The notes below the pieces were generated by a model. It made no database searches. It had not been told where the DNA came from and worked only from the letters and a program-made list of their open reading frames with translations. Shown here piece after piece: positions 9,769 through 20,169 of a stretch of DNA of 64,000 nucleotides (its first letter is position 1; each line of letters begins with the position of its first letter). This DNA comes from a virus: positions 64,001 to 128,000 of the IMG/VR virus record IMGVR_UViG_3300017963_000003. The stretch is one strand, 5' to 3'. The position numbers and the translations under genes were made by a program.

Positions 9769-12700
9769 CTAGACGAGGGTCGGCTCGCCAATGGCCAGAA
9801 CGATCTCGTGCGAAGTGGTAGCACCGGAATCACCGGTCGCCCAACCCAACCTCTGAACCACATCCCCCGACGTACTCGGAGCGGTCGTGGTGGCACACCC
9901 GGCGTTGGTGTCCAGGTACACCGCATCACCCGCCGACCACGTCTCCGAAGCGTTCGAAGTAACGTCGACCACACCCGTGGTGGCGATCTCAGCATCGTCA
10001 CCGCTGGCCGTGGTGGCCCCGGTCACGCAAACACCACAGAGACCGTACTTCTTGTTCGCATCGTTGGCGTCCGCAACCGAAATGATTCCATTCGTCCCCG
10101 AGTTGTACGCCGTGACAGGCTGACCTGCCGTCAGGTCCTCGTCCGGCTGCGCGTACCAAGAGGTGTACTCGTCGGTAGCGCCACCCTTCAGCTCGTTGAG
10201 AGCGCCAACGATAGAGGTCGCAGTAAAGGCAGCATCCAGCCCGGTCGTTCCCGACTCAGAAATCGGGATGGCAGCAGAGAGGTGCTGATCGTTGAGAGTG
10301 AGTTCTCCCGCAGAAGCCAACAGCAGCGTCCCGCTAGTCAGCGTACCCAGCGTGAGGTTGGCCGACGTCGTCTGGAAGGAAGAAGCCGAACCACCTGCGA
10401 TGGCTACGCTTGTGCCGCTGCCAGCGTGGCCGATGCTAACCGCAGCGTCGTAACCAGACGGCTGGATGTTGAGCGCACCCGATCCGGTAGATCCTGGGCG
10501 CGCGGCAATGTTTACCGTGGCATTTCTTGTTGAGACAACGCTAGCATCGGCAATGAGATTGACCGAAGCGTTCCCCGCAGTAGCACCTGCCCGGTTATGC
10601 GCGATCAGGTCCAACTGCGGCGAGTAGGTCGCATCGTTGCTTGAGGCAATCGTCATGATCGGACCATCTGTGGCACTGGCAACAAGGCGAATGTTGGAGT
10701 AGGTTCCCCCCAGCCGAATCGCGTCACCGCTAATGTCGCCACAGATGACCTTCAGAGAACCGCTACCCCCAGAAGTCGGCCCTGTAACTGTGAAAGCCCC
10801 GCTCGATAGGTCCATTGTGGCGCTGTCAACATTCACATCGAGAGTCACTGAATGCGCGGCATCGCCAATCTTAACCTCACCGTCCTGCACGTCCTGGATT
10901 CGCACCTGTGCGTCACCTGTACCGCCGCTATGGGCGTACATCAGGATCTCGGCATTGTTGTTCGTTCCGTTGCTACCGTTGGAAACCAGCGTCAAACGAG
11001 GAGTGATACTTGTAGTACCAACAGTAACCGCACCGACCTGCATGTTCGGCACGTAGCTGCTATCCGTTCCGTAGTTCGCGACGATGAAATCTGTGGCATC
11101 AGCGTCCGCAACCGAAGAAACCCGGCGAGACGTACCAGACAGGTAGACCGAGGCACCGTTGTTCGTGTTGTTGTCTACAACCAACCCATGCTTATCGTTG
11201 GTATCATCGTTCTGGGTCAGGGTGAGGACGTCCACATTCTGTGTATCCGCCACAGAGAACGCAATCGCTCCATTGGCCGAAGTCGCCGCGATGGTGTTGT
11301 CGTCCTCGTAGGCGTCCTGAAGACCGACAGCCCCCGCACTTGCGTATGCCTGGTTGACCGCATTGATGAGGCTGACCTCACCGAAGTTCGTCTCGAAGGT
11401 GTCCCACTCACCGCTCGTGTCGGTGAACTTCATTGCGGTGCTGTAGGTGCTGCCGCTTCGATTTCCGTCATCCAGCGTGATCTCGCCAGCAGCGCCAACA
11501 GTAATGTCGCCGCTGGTAGCCGTGGACAGCCCAAGCGTACCGCCAGTCACTGAGATGTTGGAAGCTGTTCCGTTACCGACGATATTGAACTCGACGTTGG
11601 CGTTCGAGGCGTTACCGATATTGATGATACCGGCGTCGGTAGCCTGGATATTGACCTCTGCATCACCAGTACCGTCCACCTGGGCGTAGATGTTGACCTG
11701 TGCGTCCGCTGCCGCATCAGAAGATGCCTGGGAATCCGCACCGATATTGATGGTCGCATCGTTAGCAGAACCCGTGAGAACACGACTGAGCAGATTCAAC
11801 CGAGGAGCCACTGTGGTGGTGCCGTAGGTGGCGACGATCATCACATCGTCTTCGGCATCAGCTACCGTCCCGATTGTACGCTGTGTGCCCGTGAGGCCGA
11901 TGGCGATACCCGCGTTGTCACTACAGTCGACGATCAAGGCCGCGCCATCATTACTCGTGGCGGGTCCGTTGATCTTGAGTGCGCTGTTCTTCAGCGTGAT
12001 TGTGCCCTCATCCAGATACGCCGTGAGTGTAGAGCCTGAACCGGCAACAAACGTGAGGTAGTACGCATCTCCAGTATCCCAATCGTTCTGCGCACCTCCA
12101 GAGAGGGTAGCCGTAACCGTAGTGGAAGTGTTCGCCGTGACCAATCCGCTGGAGCCATCCGTAGTATTGTACACCCTCAGCCCAACAAGTTCGTTAGTGT
12201 CCCAATCCTGTGCACTGTCGGTCAGCACGGACGCATCATCAGCGCCTGTGTGCGTACCGCTGTCGCGGAAGCCGATCTGAATGTCCTGCGCCGTCGAAGT
12301 GTCCGCGAGGTAAATGTCACCACCAGCGGACAAGCGCAGATCGCCACTTGTAACCGTACCGACACTCAAGTCTCCACCAGTGACCGAGATCCCGCTGTTG
12401 GCAGCAGCACCCTGAATGGAGAACTGCTTGGTCCCACTATTGTCACCGATGCGAACGGTACCGTCATTGTCCTTCTGGATCTCGACCGCAGCGTAGGCGG
12501 CAGCAGAGGCATCCGCGAATACTTTTGTGGTGGCGGTCTCTCCAGAGTTGTCGTTCTTCGACTCCACCTCCATCAGAGCAGCACCAGAGGTTGCACTACC
12601 GAGAACGCGCGCCGTGATCTTGTTGTCTGCGCCCTGTGTACCGGAAGCAGCAAACGACCCAACGACCAGTTCGCTGTTGCTAGCGTCGGCAATCGTTCCG

Positions 12701-13809
12701 ATACGACGATTCGACCCTTCGAGAGTCAGCGCGAGCGATGTAGCCTGCGATGCGCTGTTGTCGATCAGCACCGCATGATTGGTCCCGCCATCCTGCGTGA
12801 TCGTGAACGGACCAGCCGTCATGTTCATAGCTGCATCATCGCAATCGAAGTCGAAGGAACCGCCGCTTGCGTTGAGCGCGATGCCTCCAGAACCAGACTG
12901 AATCGTCGTCGTCGTCGTCGTGTTGGTCGAGCCGATGGTCAGAGTGTTCGCCACTGCGCCAGTACCGATGTTGATCGTCTGCGCGACGGCATTAGCTCCA
13001 ATGTTGATAGTCGAAGCGGTCGACTCGATGTCGACGGTCGGGGCCGTCATGGTGATGGTCCCTGCCGCCGTGACCGTCATGTCCTCCAGCACCGCATTCA
13101 CGCTCAACTGATCGGCTGCCGGCGTCTCGTAATCCCAATAGTCACTTTCGAGAGCGTTGTTCGTGGTAATACGATGCTTCGCCGCTGTATTCTCAGTCAG
13201 CTCGAACTGAAGGTCGCCCGTCCCAGCCGCGACAAGGATGTCCTGCCCTTGGGTATACGCCTGCTGGAGACTGTTACCCGCAGATGTTCCAGCAGTCTGC
13301 CACGTGGCACCGTTGTACCACTGGAAAGCGCCCGCTCCGTTAACTCGGACAGCGCCCGTTGCCAAATTGGCAGGAGCATCGTCAGAGTCGGGAAGGATCA
13401 GAACAGACTCCGAATCGGCAGTACGGTCGAACAAGACACTCTTGTCCTGTGCGACATCCATGTCGACACGGAGATTGACATCAGTGTCACCACTCGCATC
13501 GGCAGTACCGATGTTGACGACGTCAACAGCCGTATCGTACGCACCGCCGAGGGTGATGGTATCGCCGTCTCCGTCACCGAACTGGACGGTACCGCTGTTC
13601 ACGGTCAGAGTACTGCTATCGAGCAGAGTCACCGTACCAGGAAACTGAACCTCCTGACCGGTACGACCGATGGTGATCGTGGTGGCGTTGGTGGTACCGA
13701 TGTTCAACGCCGCAGCAGACGAAGCATCCAGACTACGCGCGTTGAGGACGTCAGTGGCCTCGATGAAATTCCTTACTTGCCCTGAGGGCCTTACCAGCGG
13801 TAGAACCAT
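9769..13809 (-). CDS. Large virion structural protein (1346 aa) with internal degenerate repeats
   Basis: Three related segments (RRIGTIADA, QRTIGTVADA, RRVSSVADA), LQQAY/LQDAY motifs, and a C-terminal cement-like domain shared with 14185-14859. Confidence 0.75.
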   Translation of the reverse strand: MVLPLVRPSGQVRNFIEATDVLNARSLDASSAAALNIGTTNATTITIGRTGQEVQFPGTVTLLDSSTLTVNSGTVQFGDGDGDTITLGGAYDTAVDVVNIGTADASGDTDVNLRVDMDVAQDKSVLFDRTADSESVLILPDSDDAPANLATGAVRVNGAGAFQWYNGATWQTAGTSAGNSLQQAYTQGQDILVAAGTGDLQFELTENTAAKHRITTNNALESDYWDYETPAADQLSVNAVLEDMTVTAAGTITMTAPTVDIESTASTINIGANAVAQTINIGTGAVANTLTIGSTNTTTTTTIQSGSGGIALNASGGSFDFDCDDAAMNMTAGPFTITQDGGTNHAVLIDNSASQATSLALTLEGSNRRIGTIADASNSELVVGSFAASGTQGADNKITARVLGSATSGAALMEVESKNDNSGETATTKVFADASAAAYAAVEIQKDNDGTVRIGDNSGTKQFSIQGAAANSGISVTGGDLSVGTVTSGDLRLSAGGDIYLADTSTAQDIQIGFRDSGTHTGADDASVLTDSAQDWDTNELVGLRVYNTTDGSSGLVTANTSTTVTATLSGGAQNDWDTGDAYYLTFVAGSGSTLTAYLDEGTITLKNSALKINGPATSNDGAALIVDCSDNAGIAIGLTGTQRTIGTVADAEDDVMIVATYGTTTVAPRLNLLSRVLTGSANDATINIGADSQASSDAAADAQVNIYAQVDGTGDAEVNIQATDAGIINIGNASNANVEFNIVGNGTASNISVTGGTLGLSTATSGDITVGAAGEITLDDGNRSGSTYSTAMKFTDTSGEWDTFETNFGEVSLINAVNQAYASAGAVGLQDAYEDDNTIAATSANGAIAFSVADTQNVDVLTLTQNDDTNDKHGLVVDNNTNNGASVYLSGTSRRVSSVADADATDFIVANYGTDSSYVPNMQVGAVTVGTTSITPRLTLVSNGSNGTNNNAEILMYAHSGGTGDAQVRIQDVQDGEVKIGDAAHSVTLDVNVDSATMDLSSGAFTVTGPTSGGSGSLKVICGDISGDAIRLGGTYSNIRLVASATDGPIMTIASSNDATYSPQLDLIAHNRAGATAGNASVNLIADASVVSTRNATVNIAARPGSTGSGALNIQPSGYDAAVSIGHAGSGTSVAIAGGSASSFQTTSANLTLGTLTSGTLLLASAGELTLNDQHLSAAIPISESGTTGLDAAFTATSIVGALNELKGGATDEYTSWYAQPDEDLTAGQPVTAYNSGTNGIISVADANDANKKYGLCGVCVTGATTASGDDAEIATTGVVDVTSNASETWSAGDAVYLDTNAGCATTTAPSTSGDVVQRLGWATGDSGATTSHEIVLAIGEPTLV

Positions 13810-13844
13810 TTGCTACTCCTCTCCTGGAATTCTTCTCCGGCCCA

Positions 13845-14174
13845 CTACAGCTCGATGTGATGGGTCAGATTGTTCGCCACGACCTCGAAAGGCCGAAGAT
13901 CTGCGTGATCTGCATGCTCGTAGAACTGGTTGGACGCTTCGGGCTCACCTTGCGCCCGAACCATCAGCTTCGGAACCCGTGGAGGGGCATACTGCTCCAG
14001 CTGAGCCTTCACCAGGTCGTCCTCCGTACGGACGATCTCCCCGGCGTGGATGTCGAGGTTCCGATAACCGGAACGGGTGAACACCTTGAGACGTAGCATC
14101 GGAGTACCGTTGTCGTCATGCAACAACATATCCGGCAACCCGTCGAAGCTGACCCTGAATTTCTTGACCGTCAT
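13845..14174 (-). CDS. Hypothetical protein
   Basis: ORF track; in the structural operon. Confidence 0.65.
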   Translation of the reverse strand: MTVKKFRVSFDGLPDMLLHDDNGTPMLRLKVFTRSGYRNLDIHAGEIVRTEDDLVKAQLEQYAPPRVPKLMVRAQGEPEASNQFYEHADHADLRPFEVVANNLTHHIEL

Positions 14175-14184
14175 TCGCGCCTCC

Positions 14185-14859
14185 CTACACCGTCGTTGCC
14201 AAGGTGGGGTTCACCACCAAAGTCGTAGTCGAACGTGCCACCCCAACGAGCTGCTTCACCGTGGCCGTACCGGGGATCGCAATCTCCAGGACAGCAGCCC
14301 CCGCGTCCCCCAGATAGTACTCAGACCCCGCAGTGAGGCCGGACAACCCCGCAACCTCCGCTCGATAAGCGATGTCGCAGGTCGTGCCACCCCCGTACAC
14401 ATTGATGACCATGCCGTCAGCGCGCAGACCCGCCGTGGCGTCCGCCCACGTCACCGTATCTGCACCGTTGATGTGGGCCAACTCCCCCACGACCATCCCT
14501 GGAGGACACGTGAACCCAAAACCGAGGAATCCCGCCGAGGACGCCGTCCGGAGATCGTAGCTATTCCCGAGATCATCAGTGTAGATGATGGGGAAACCGG
14601 GACCACTGGAGTTGTCCACCCAGAGAGAAGGAGATCCAGGAGTCCCCGGATTCGAGGGGTTCCCGAGAGGATCGAACTCCAGCCCTCCGGTACCGACAAC
14701 AAGCGAGTTGTCGACGTTGAGCTTGGCCTGGAGGGCCATGACAGCAGAAGCTAACGAATTAGGGTGGTTAGCCCACACGATGTCGACGTTGTCGATCTGG
14801 GCGACCGAGAAATTGTCGAGAACCGTCGGATACCCCGCAGGGTAGGGCCAAAACGCCAT
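14185..14859 (-). CDS. Virion protein with DUF2190-like/cement-like C-terminal domain
   Basis: ADATAG...GLTAGSEYYLGDAG...VKQLVGVA resembles the C-terminus of the 1346 aa protein (ADANDA...WSAGDAVYLD...VVQRLGWA). Confidence 0.6.
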   Translation of the reverse strand: MAFWPYPAGYPTVLDNFSVAQIDNVDIVWANHPNSLASAVMALQAKLNVDNSLVVGTGGLEFDPLGNPSNPGTPGSPSLWVDNSSGPGFPIIYTDDLGNSYDLRTASSAGFLGFGFTCPPGMVVGELAHINGADTVTWADATAGLRADGMVINVYGGGTTCDIAYRAEVAGLSGLTAGSEYYLGDAGAAVLEIAIPGTATVKQLVGVARSTTTLVVNPTLATTV

Positions 14860-14889
14860 AGCTATACCTCACTCCTCACGGCAGGAGCA

Positions 14890-14922
14890 AGTATACCCTA
14901 CGATCCGTTGGGATTCTTAAAG
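14890..14922 (-). promoter_or_regulatory. Class II promoter CTTTAAG-N20-TATACT
   Basis: Read directly; same motif at 16759, 34701 and 35263. Confidence 0.6.
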
Positions 14923-14937
14923 TTGGAGTACGTCCCT

Positions 14938-15798
14938 TTAGAGACCGTACGTGGCAGGATCGATGGGACCCGTGTAGGGCTTCGTACCCCGGATGGCCCG
15001 GTGGAAGTACTTGCCCGCCGAGTCCTCAGTGAAGAAGCTCTCAAACTCGTCAGCGCTAACACCGGTATACCGATACATGGTCCGTGGCGTGTTGCGCTTG
15101 GCTTTGAAGATGATGTATAGGAGGTTCTCCTCAGGGTCGTACCCCACCTGCTCCAAGTTCGAAGACTCGATGGGGATCATCTCGGGGATCTCCCTGACGT
15201 CGCCAAACGCCGCCGGAGGAGCCTCCTCCTCGAACGGCGGCACCACCTCAGGCTCTGGCTCACCGACCGGGACACGTGGTTCCTTCACAGGCTCCTCCTG
15301 TACGGGTACCGGAAGTTCCGGTGCTGGCATCGGCGGCACGCCACCGCCAACGAACTCCTCAGGCTCCGTCGAGTACATCTCCTCCGTACCCGGCTCCTTG
15401 TAGGGAAAAACCTCACCCGCATAGTCCTTGTACCCCTCAGGAGCACCGGTACCCCACCAGTCCTTGACCTTGTCCTTGACGTTCTGCCACCACTGAGCGT
15501 CCTTGTGCATGGCGGCGTAGACAAGCCTCCCCTCCACGTCACCCTCAGTGAGACCCGTAGCCCCTACAAGAGTTCTACAAACGGGGTTCGAAGACAAAAA
15601 ATCCCGGACAGCCTCCGAGGCCTCCCTGTGCCCGGTACGCGGACCGATGTTGAGTTCCGCGAGAGCCATCGTGAACGGGTAGCGCTCCTCCTCGGAGAGC
15701 TGTTGAAGCAGATCCTCATAGTGCTGCTGACGCAGGATACGGTCCTTGCCCGCTGAGATCTTGGCAGATTCTATGGCTTCATCCAGAGTGATCATCAT
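14938..15798 (-). CDS. Protein with Pro/Glu-rich linker and C-terminal KTSC domain
   Basis: IESSNLEQVGYDPEENLLYIIFK...YRYTGVS...SAGKYFHRAIR is the KTSC signature. Confidence 0.85.
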   Translation of the reverse strand: MMITLDEAIESAKISAGKDRILRQQHYEDLLQQLSEEERYPFTMALAELNIGPRTGHREASEAVRDFLSSNPVCRTLVGATGLTEGDVEGRLVYAAMHKDAQWWQNVKDKVKDWWGTGAPEGYKDYAGEVFPYKEPGTEEMYSTEPEEFVGGGVPPMPAPELPVPVQEEPVKEPRVPVGEPEPEVVPPFEEEAPPAAFGDVREIPEMIPIESSNLEQVGYDPEENLLYIIFKAKRNTPRTMYRYTGVSADEFESFFTEDSAGKYFHRAIRGTKPYTGPIDPATYGL

Positions 15799-15952
15799 GC
15801 TCCTCCGTCTGACAAGTGCCGAACCACTCCCCGCACAGGTCGGGTCGGCAGTAGGGTTCCTTGCGGTTATAGCACGGAGGAGGTTGCTCGATCTTAACTT
15901 GACGAGACTTTCCGTCGACCTTGATCACTTCCACCGGTTTACGCTTGGCCAC
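15779..15952 (-). CDS. Small Cys-rich protein (57 aa), not in the ORF track
   Basis: GAGGAGG RBS then GTG: MAKRKPVEVIKVDGKSRQVKIEQPPPCYNRKEPYCRPDLCGEWFGTCQTEEHDDHSG; follows the TGTATATTA motif. Confidence 0.65.
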   Translation of the reverse strand: MAKRKPVEVIKVDGKSRQVKIEQPPPCYNRKEPYCRPDLCGEWFGTCQTEEHDDHSG

Positions 15953-15986
15953 CTACACCTCCTCGGCGCACAAGAGGGCCTACACG

Positions 15987-15995
15987 TAATATACA
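15987..15995 (-). promoter_or_regulatory. Class III promoter motif TGTATATTA
   Basis: Exact recurrence upstream of the small ORF at 15952. Confidence 0.6.
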
Positions 15996-16019
15996 GGAAG
16001 TAGCCAGACGGGGCAGCTT

Positions 16020-16673
16020 CTAGACGAAGATGCCTTCGATGACGAGCTTCATCTTGCCGGAAGTGCCGCTGTCGGCACCAGCGACCTTGGCGTACAGAGT
16101 CGCGTTGTCGGCCAGCATCGCCGCAGCCGCCACCGGAGGAGTCACGTTGGTGTAGAAGCCCTCGCCGGCCGCGTCCACCAGGACACCCTGGGCGTTCAGC
16201 AGATCGGTACCGCCACTCGTGGTAGCCAGGTTCAGAGTCGCGTCCCCGACCAGCGAGTCGTCCTCGGTGCACACGTAGACGTACCGGGTCGGAAGGAAGT
16301 ACCCGGAGCCCGTCCCGCGCAGCTGGATCTCGTACTCGGTCGTGGTGTCCTTGAGATCGATGTCGACCTGCACCGCGCCGGCACCCTTCTCGGACTGGTC
16401 GACCACGCCGTCCTGATCGAGATCGTACAGCGAGCCATCCTGGACCGCCGACATCTCGCTAGCTGCGAGGATGCGGCCCGTGGCGCTCCCCACGCGCACT
16501 TCGATCTTTCCGCCCGTGATGAAGGTCGCCGCGTCCTCGCAGAAACGCTGATTGCCGATCACCTCGCGAACCGCGACCTGATCAGTCTCGTTGCTCGACA
16601 CGCTGATGCTGGGGACGCCGCCATCCCCGGAGAGGCTAACATTCGCAGCCAGACCCTTGATGTAGAGATCCAT
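16020..16673 (-). CDS. Virion-associated protein
   Basis: N-terminus VSLSGDGGVPSISVSSNET resembles the N-termini of 24026-25339 and 33252-34016. Confidence 0.65.
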   Translation of the reverse strand: MDLYIKGLAANVSLSGDGGVPSISVSSNETDQVAVREVIGNQRFCEDAATFITGGKIEVRVGSATGRILAASEMSAVQDGSLYDLDQDGVVDQSEKGAGAVQVDIDLKDTTTEYEIQLRGTGSGYFLPTRYVYVCTEDDSLVGDATLNLATTSGGTDLLNAQGVLVDAAGEGFYTNVTPPVAAAAMLADNATLYAKVAGADSGTSGKMKLVIEGIFV

Positions 16674-16727
16674 TTTCGTCCCCTTTCAATCCTGTCATAG
16701 GGAGAAGACTCCCTGAAACACAAGGGC

Positions 16728-16759
16728 AGTATAGCACGCTCGATTTGGGATTCTTAAAG
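16728..16759 (-). promoter_or_regulatory. Class II promoter CTTTAAG-N19-TATACT with extended TG
   Basis: CTTTAAGAATCCC...TGCTATACT upstream of the gene starting at 16673. Confidence 0.65.
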
Positions 16760-16761
16760 AC

Positions 16762-19032
16762 CTACCACTGACCGCGTCCCTGGTAGACCTGGCCAACCGA
16801 GCCGGAATCTGTAGCGATCTGGCGCTTACGGATCGACATACGTCGCTTCTGGTTCGCCATCTCGTCCACGATGGAATCCTGCACCAGGTGGTGCGCGCCG
16901 ACGTAGCAACGCGCGAGATCATCAGAGTCCTTGCCTCTGATCTGCCCCTTCTTGGGGTTGTAGAACTTTCGCAGATCGGGAGACCGTGTCAGTTTGAGCA
17001 GCTCAACCAGCGCTACCGACGAAGGCTGCATCTCCTCCTGAGGGGTGCCGATGACGAGCGCACCCGTGTCGGTGAGACCCACCGTGTCCCTCTGATCGGG
17101 AGGCAGCAGCTTGACACGGCCGTTGTAGGACATCCGGAGGAACCCCATGAAGTGTTCGGTCTTCAAGGTCACCTTGCGCGCCAGGATACCCATGGTGCGT
17201 AGCTGCTGTATCGTGGACTCAGAGTTCCAGTGGTCGAACGCCACTCCGCCGATCCGAATCTTCTTCTGCAAGCTCTCCACGACATCAACCACGGAGTTGA
17301 ACCAGATGTCACGGTCCACGGTGGGGACGATGCGGAGCGCGAAATCAACCACCGTACACAGCATCTCCCCCATGTGATCGTACGGGATACGCCCGGTGTT
17401 CTGAACATCCATGGCGGTCATGGCTCGACGACGATTGGCCTGGGACTCCTTGATCATCGCCCCGTCGGCACCCACGGGGATGTTGGCCCCCATGAAACTC
17501 CCCATCTGCTCCGCGAACACCACGTCCCAACCCGTGGAGGGTTCTACCCGCCCCGCCCCTGGAGGCGACTGTTGGGGCTTCTTGACAGGCACTCCGTTTT
17601 CGTCGAGCACCTCTGCGTTCGAGAACTCGCTGGCATCGATCCATTCCGGGTGGGCACAAACGAGAGCGAAAGAGTCCCAGGTCAACCCAGCATCACCGAA
17701 TATGTAGTAGGTGTTGGTGTGGTCGAGCGCACAGTGCGCCAGCTCCGATCCCACGTAATCCTTGCCCGTGGGGTCCGTGAGGTAGGTCGACTGGAAGGTC
17801 GCGATGGGTTTGCGCTCGAAGTCGACGCTCTTCCAGAACCTCTTGGGGTCGTCGACAAAAGGAGACTCGGCGTTGGGGGGATTGGCGCCGAAGTCACGCT
17901 CGGCCGCCACAGGGTCTTTGACGTACTCCTCGTCGAAGACCTCCCGAGGCATCTGCGGGTTGAACTCCCAGGTCGGACCCTTCCAGGCATAGGTGCGCTT
18001 CAGGGACCCATCAGAGGCCTTGTTGTAGGTCTCCATAGCGGGGTCATCCTGGGAAATCGGGCTGGTGACGTTGATCATCAGACCCATGAAAGCCGGAAGA
18101 TCGTTGAGGTCCACGGCGGCACGGATCGTCTTCAACGACTGGTTGAGCACACGGTACAGCTCCGTGGCCGAACGGGTACCCTCCGTATCAGAGAGACGCG
18201 CCCACTCGTCAATGGATGCCGCGATACGGGTCCTGCCGGCGACACCTCTAGAATCCGACGCGATGCGGTTGTAACGAACCTTGGCCCACCCGTCGAGGAC
18301 CGCGTCGTCGTTGGTCCGGTAGGTCCACATGTCTGAACCGGCCGGTTGTCGCTCCTCGAACCCCCGAACCCAGGACACGTACCGCTGAACCCACGGAGAG
18401 CCCTTCCGCATCTCCCGGTACTTGGCGTAGATGGTCTGCGCAGCCTGCGTGGCTGTACTGGCCGCAAAGGTGACCTCGAACCACTCCGCAGCAGCCTGCT
18501 TGAGCATCCGCTGGAGGTAGCCATGACCGAACATGGCTCGCGTGGACAGGAAGTGCTCGTAGTAGCCTCCGATGTGCGCACCCAGGTAGGACTTGCCGCT
18601 ACGCATACCGGCCAGGACGATCATCTCGTTGTACGGGATGAACATCCGGTCCCGGATCAACTCCCGCTGGGTATGGGTGCATCTTGGACAGACGAAGTCC
18701 TGGGCGCGCTCGTTCCACACGAGCAGAGTCTCGGACTCCAGGTAGATGCGAGACTTCCCCCAGCAGTCGATGTCCTCGGGCTTCATCGAGTTGCAGATCG
18801 GACAACGCGTGCAGAAAACGTCGCGCATGATCTGGTACTGCCGCGAGTGATCAAACGTTGACGGCATGTTCCAGAAATCGACCCCCGTCACCCACTCGAC
18901 GATGTTCGGTGCCGGGGTCCTCAAGTAGTCGACCTCCGGACCAGAGAGTCCGCCAGCGGTCCTCGACATCAACGACGTATCGATGTTGTTGGTGATACGG
19001 TCCAGGAAATCGAGGTTCTTGGGGTCGTTCAT
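16762..19032 (-). CDS. terL: Terminase large subunit
   Basis: Walker A AGMRSGKS, Walker B AASIDEW, nuclease motifs YIFGDAG, VAFDHWNS and SDDLA; N-terminal Cys cluster. Confidence 0.9.
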   Translation of the reverse strand: MNDPKNLDFLDRITNNIDTSLMSRTAGGLSGPEVDYLRTPAPNIVEWVTGVDFWNMPSTFDHSRQYQIMRDVFCTRCPICNSMKPEDIDCWGKSRIYLESETLLVWNERAQDFVCPRCTHTQRELIRDRMFIPYNEMIVLAGMRSGKSYLGAHIGGYYEHFLSTRAMFGHGYLQRMLKQAAAEWFEVTFAASTATQAAQTIYAKYREMRKGSPWVQRYVSWVRGFEERQPAGSDMWTYRTNDDAVLDGWAKVRYNRIASDSRGVAGRTRIAASIDEWARLSDTEGTRSATELYRVLNQSLKTIRAAVDLNDLPAFMGLMINVTSPISQDDPAMETYNKASDGSLKRTYAWKGPTWEFNPQMPREVFDEEYVKDPVAAERDFGANPPNAESPFVDDPKRFWKSVDFERKPIATFQSTYLTDPTGKDYVGSELAHCALDHTNTYYIFGDAGLTWDSFALVCAHPEWIDASEFSNAEVLDENGVPVKKPQQSPPGAGRVEPSTGWDVVFAEQMGSFMGANIPVGADGAMIKESQANRRRAMTAMDVQNTGRIPYDHMGEMLCTVVDFALRIVPTVDRDIWFNSVVDVVESLQKKIRIGGVAFDHWNSESTIQQLRTMGILARKVTLKTEHFMGFLRMSYNGRVKLLPPDQRDTVGLTDTGALVIGTPQEEMQPSSVALVELLKLTRSPDLRKFYNPKKGQIRGKDSDDLARCYVGAHHLVQDSIVDEMANQKRRMSIRKRQIATDSGSVGQVYQGRGQW

Positions 19033-19316
19033 AAGTTGACCGGCTCCAGCATGAAGCTGTTGACGCGATGCCTGCCCATGGAAATGATGATTCGGGCGTC
19101 GGGTACATCCTCCGGGACCCTGTAGGGGTGGCCGTCCAGGTAGAGCACGAGCGCCTTGATCTTGGCGATCTCCGTAACCGGCACCGTCAGCAACGCCACG
19201 TCCACGGGCTCCCCTTCCTCGTAGGCCGAGTCGTCCCGGAGGACGATCCTGCCAATGGGTCTCCCCATTCTATCACGAACCGCGTGGTCTCTCTTGAAGC
19301 TCTTCACGATAGTCAT
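19029..19316 (-). CDS. Hypothetical protein between the terminase genes
   Basis: ORF track; overlaps both neighbours by 4 nt, suggesting translational coupling. Confidence 0.65.
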   Translation of the reverse strand: MTIVKSFKRDHAVRDRMGRPIGRIVLRDDSAYEEGEPVDVALLTVPVTEIAKIKALVLYLDGHPYRVPEDVPDARIIISMGRHRVNSFMLEPVNL

Positions 19317-20131
19317 TTTATCTTGTACTTTTTAGAAATGTTTTTCAAGACGACAGGGATGGCGTCCTTGAGCGCAGAACCCACGGTGTTCAAGACCAGG
19401 CCCTCCATCTGCTGAGGTAGAGACGAACCTGGTAACTCCCTGGCGATGTTGGACCGCATCTCTATCAGGACGTCCTTGAGCGACCCCACGGTGAGATTGA
19501 CAATCTGCTCGATGGCCTCCTGAAGGGCGGCACCCGCGATGGCCTCCGAGGACTGAAGGACCGCCAGCTCCTTCTTCATCCCCATCAGCTCCTTGATGAG
19601 CTTCTGGAAGAGCTGAATCTCTGACAGGTCGACCGGCCGGTCCTGCTCCGCACGATCCTTGGCGAGCAGCTTGCCGTTGTACATGGTCAGCCGATCCTCA
19701 GCCGCCGACACCAAGCGCTGCATGCGGCAGTAGTCCTCAACCTCCTCCGACGTCTCCGCAGGAGAGGACAGCGTCAAGAAAGGAGCCTTCGCCGCCTGAG
19801 CGCTAGCGGCCTTCGGATCGTTTCGACGCAAGTCCTTCTGCGTGTAATGGACGCCTGCGGTCAGCGCCTGCTCCATCTCCTCGACCGAGATGACGTGGCT
19901 GCGGAAATGGTTGTACACCGTGGTCTGGTGGAACGGCGTGATGTAGTTCTCGATGTCAGCGGGGTCGTGACCGGCGTTCAGGACGTCGAGCCTCGTGTTC
20001 AGCCACTCGGCTACCTGCGTACGGCTCTCCCCCAGGATGAGGACACGACGATGGGCCTCCTCCCACAAGGCAACGTCCTTGTCGAAGAGAGCGCAGAGCT
20101 TGCAGCGCGGGGAGAGTTTGAGCTTCTCCAT
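19313..20131 (-). CDS. Probable terminase small subunit-like protein
   Basis: RCKLC...YNHFRSH zinc/HTH-like N-terminus, helical body, upstream of terL; start moved to the ATG at 20131 because the promoter motif occupies 20137-20145. Confidence 0.5.
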   Translation of the reverse strand: MEKLKLSPRCKLCALFDKDVALWEEAHRRVLILGESRTQVAEWLNTRLDVLNAGHDPADIENYITPFHQTTVYNHFRSHVISVEEMEQALTAGVHYTQKDLRRNDPKAASAQAAKAPFLTLSSPAETSEEVEDYCRMQRLVSAAEDRLTMYNGKLLAKDRAEQDRPVDLSEIQLFQKLIKELMGMKKELAVLQSSEAIAGAALQEAIEQIVNLTVGSLKDVLIEMRSNIARELPGSSLPQQMEGLVLNTVGSALKDAIPVVLKNISKKYKIK

Positions 20132-20136
20132 ACCCC

Positions 20137-20145
20137 TAATATACA
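20137..20145 (-). promoter_or_regulatory. Class III promoter motif TGTATATTA, possibly giving a leaderless mRNA
   Basis: TGTATATTAGGGGTATG: only 5 nt between the motif and the ATG. Confidence 0.55.
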
Positions 20146-20169
20146 ACGTCAGGCATGGAGGATCTAGCT

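Noticed and set aside
12250-13785. Plus-strand 511-aa ORF (also 1701-2699 and 17230-18336)
   Set aside because: Antisense to well-supported minus-strand genes; Arg-rich composition with no motifs.
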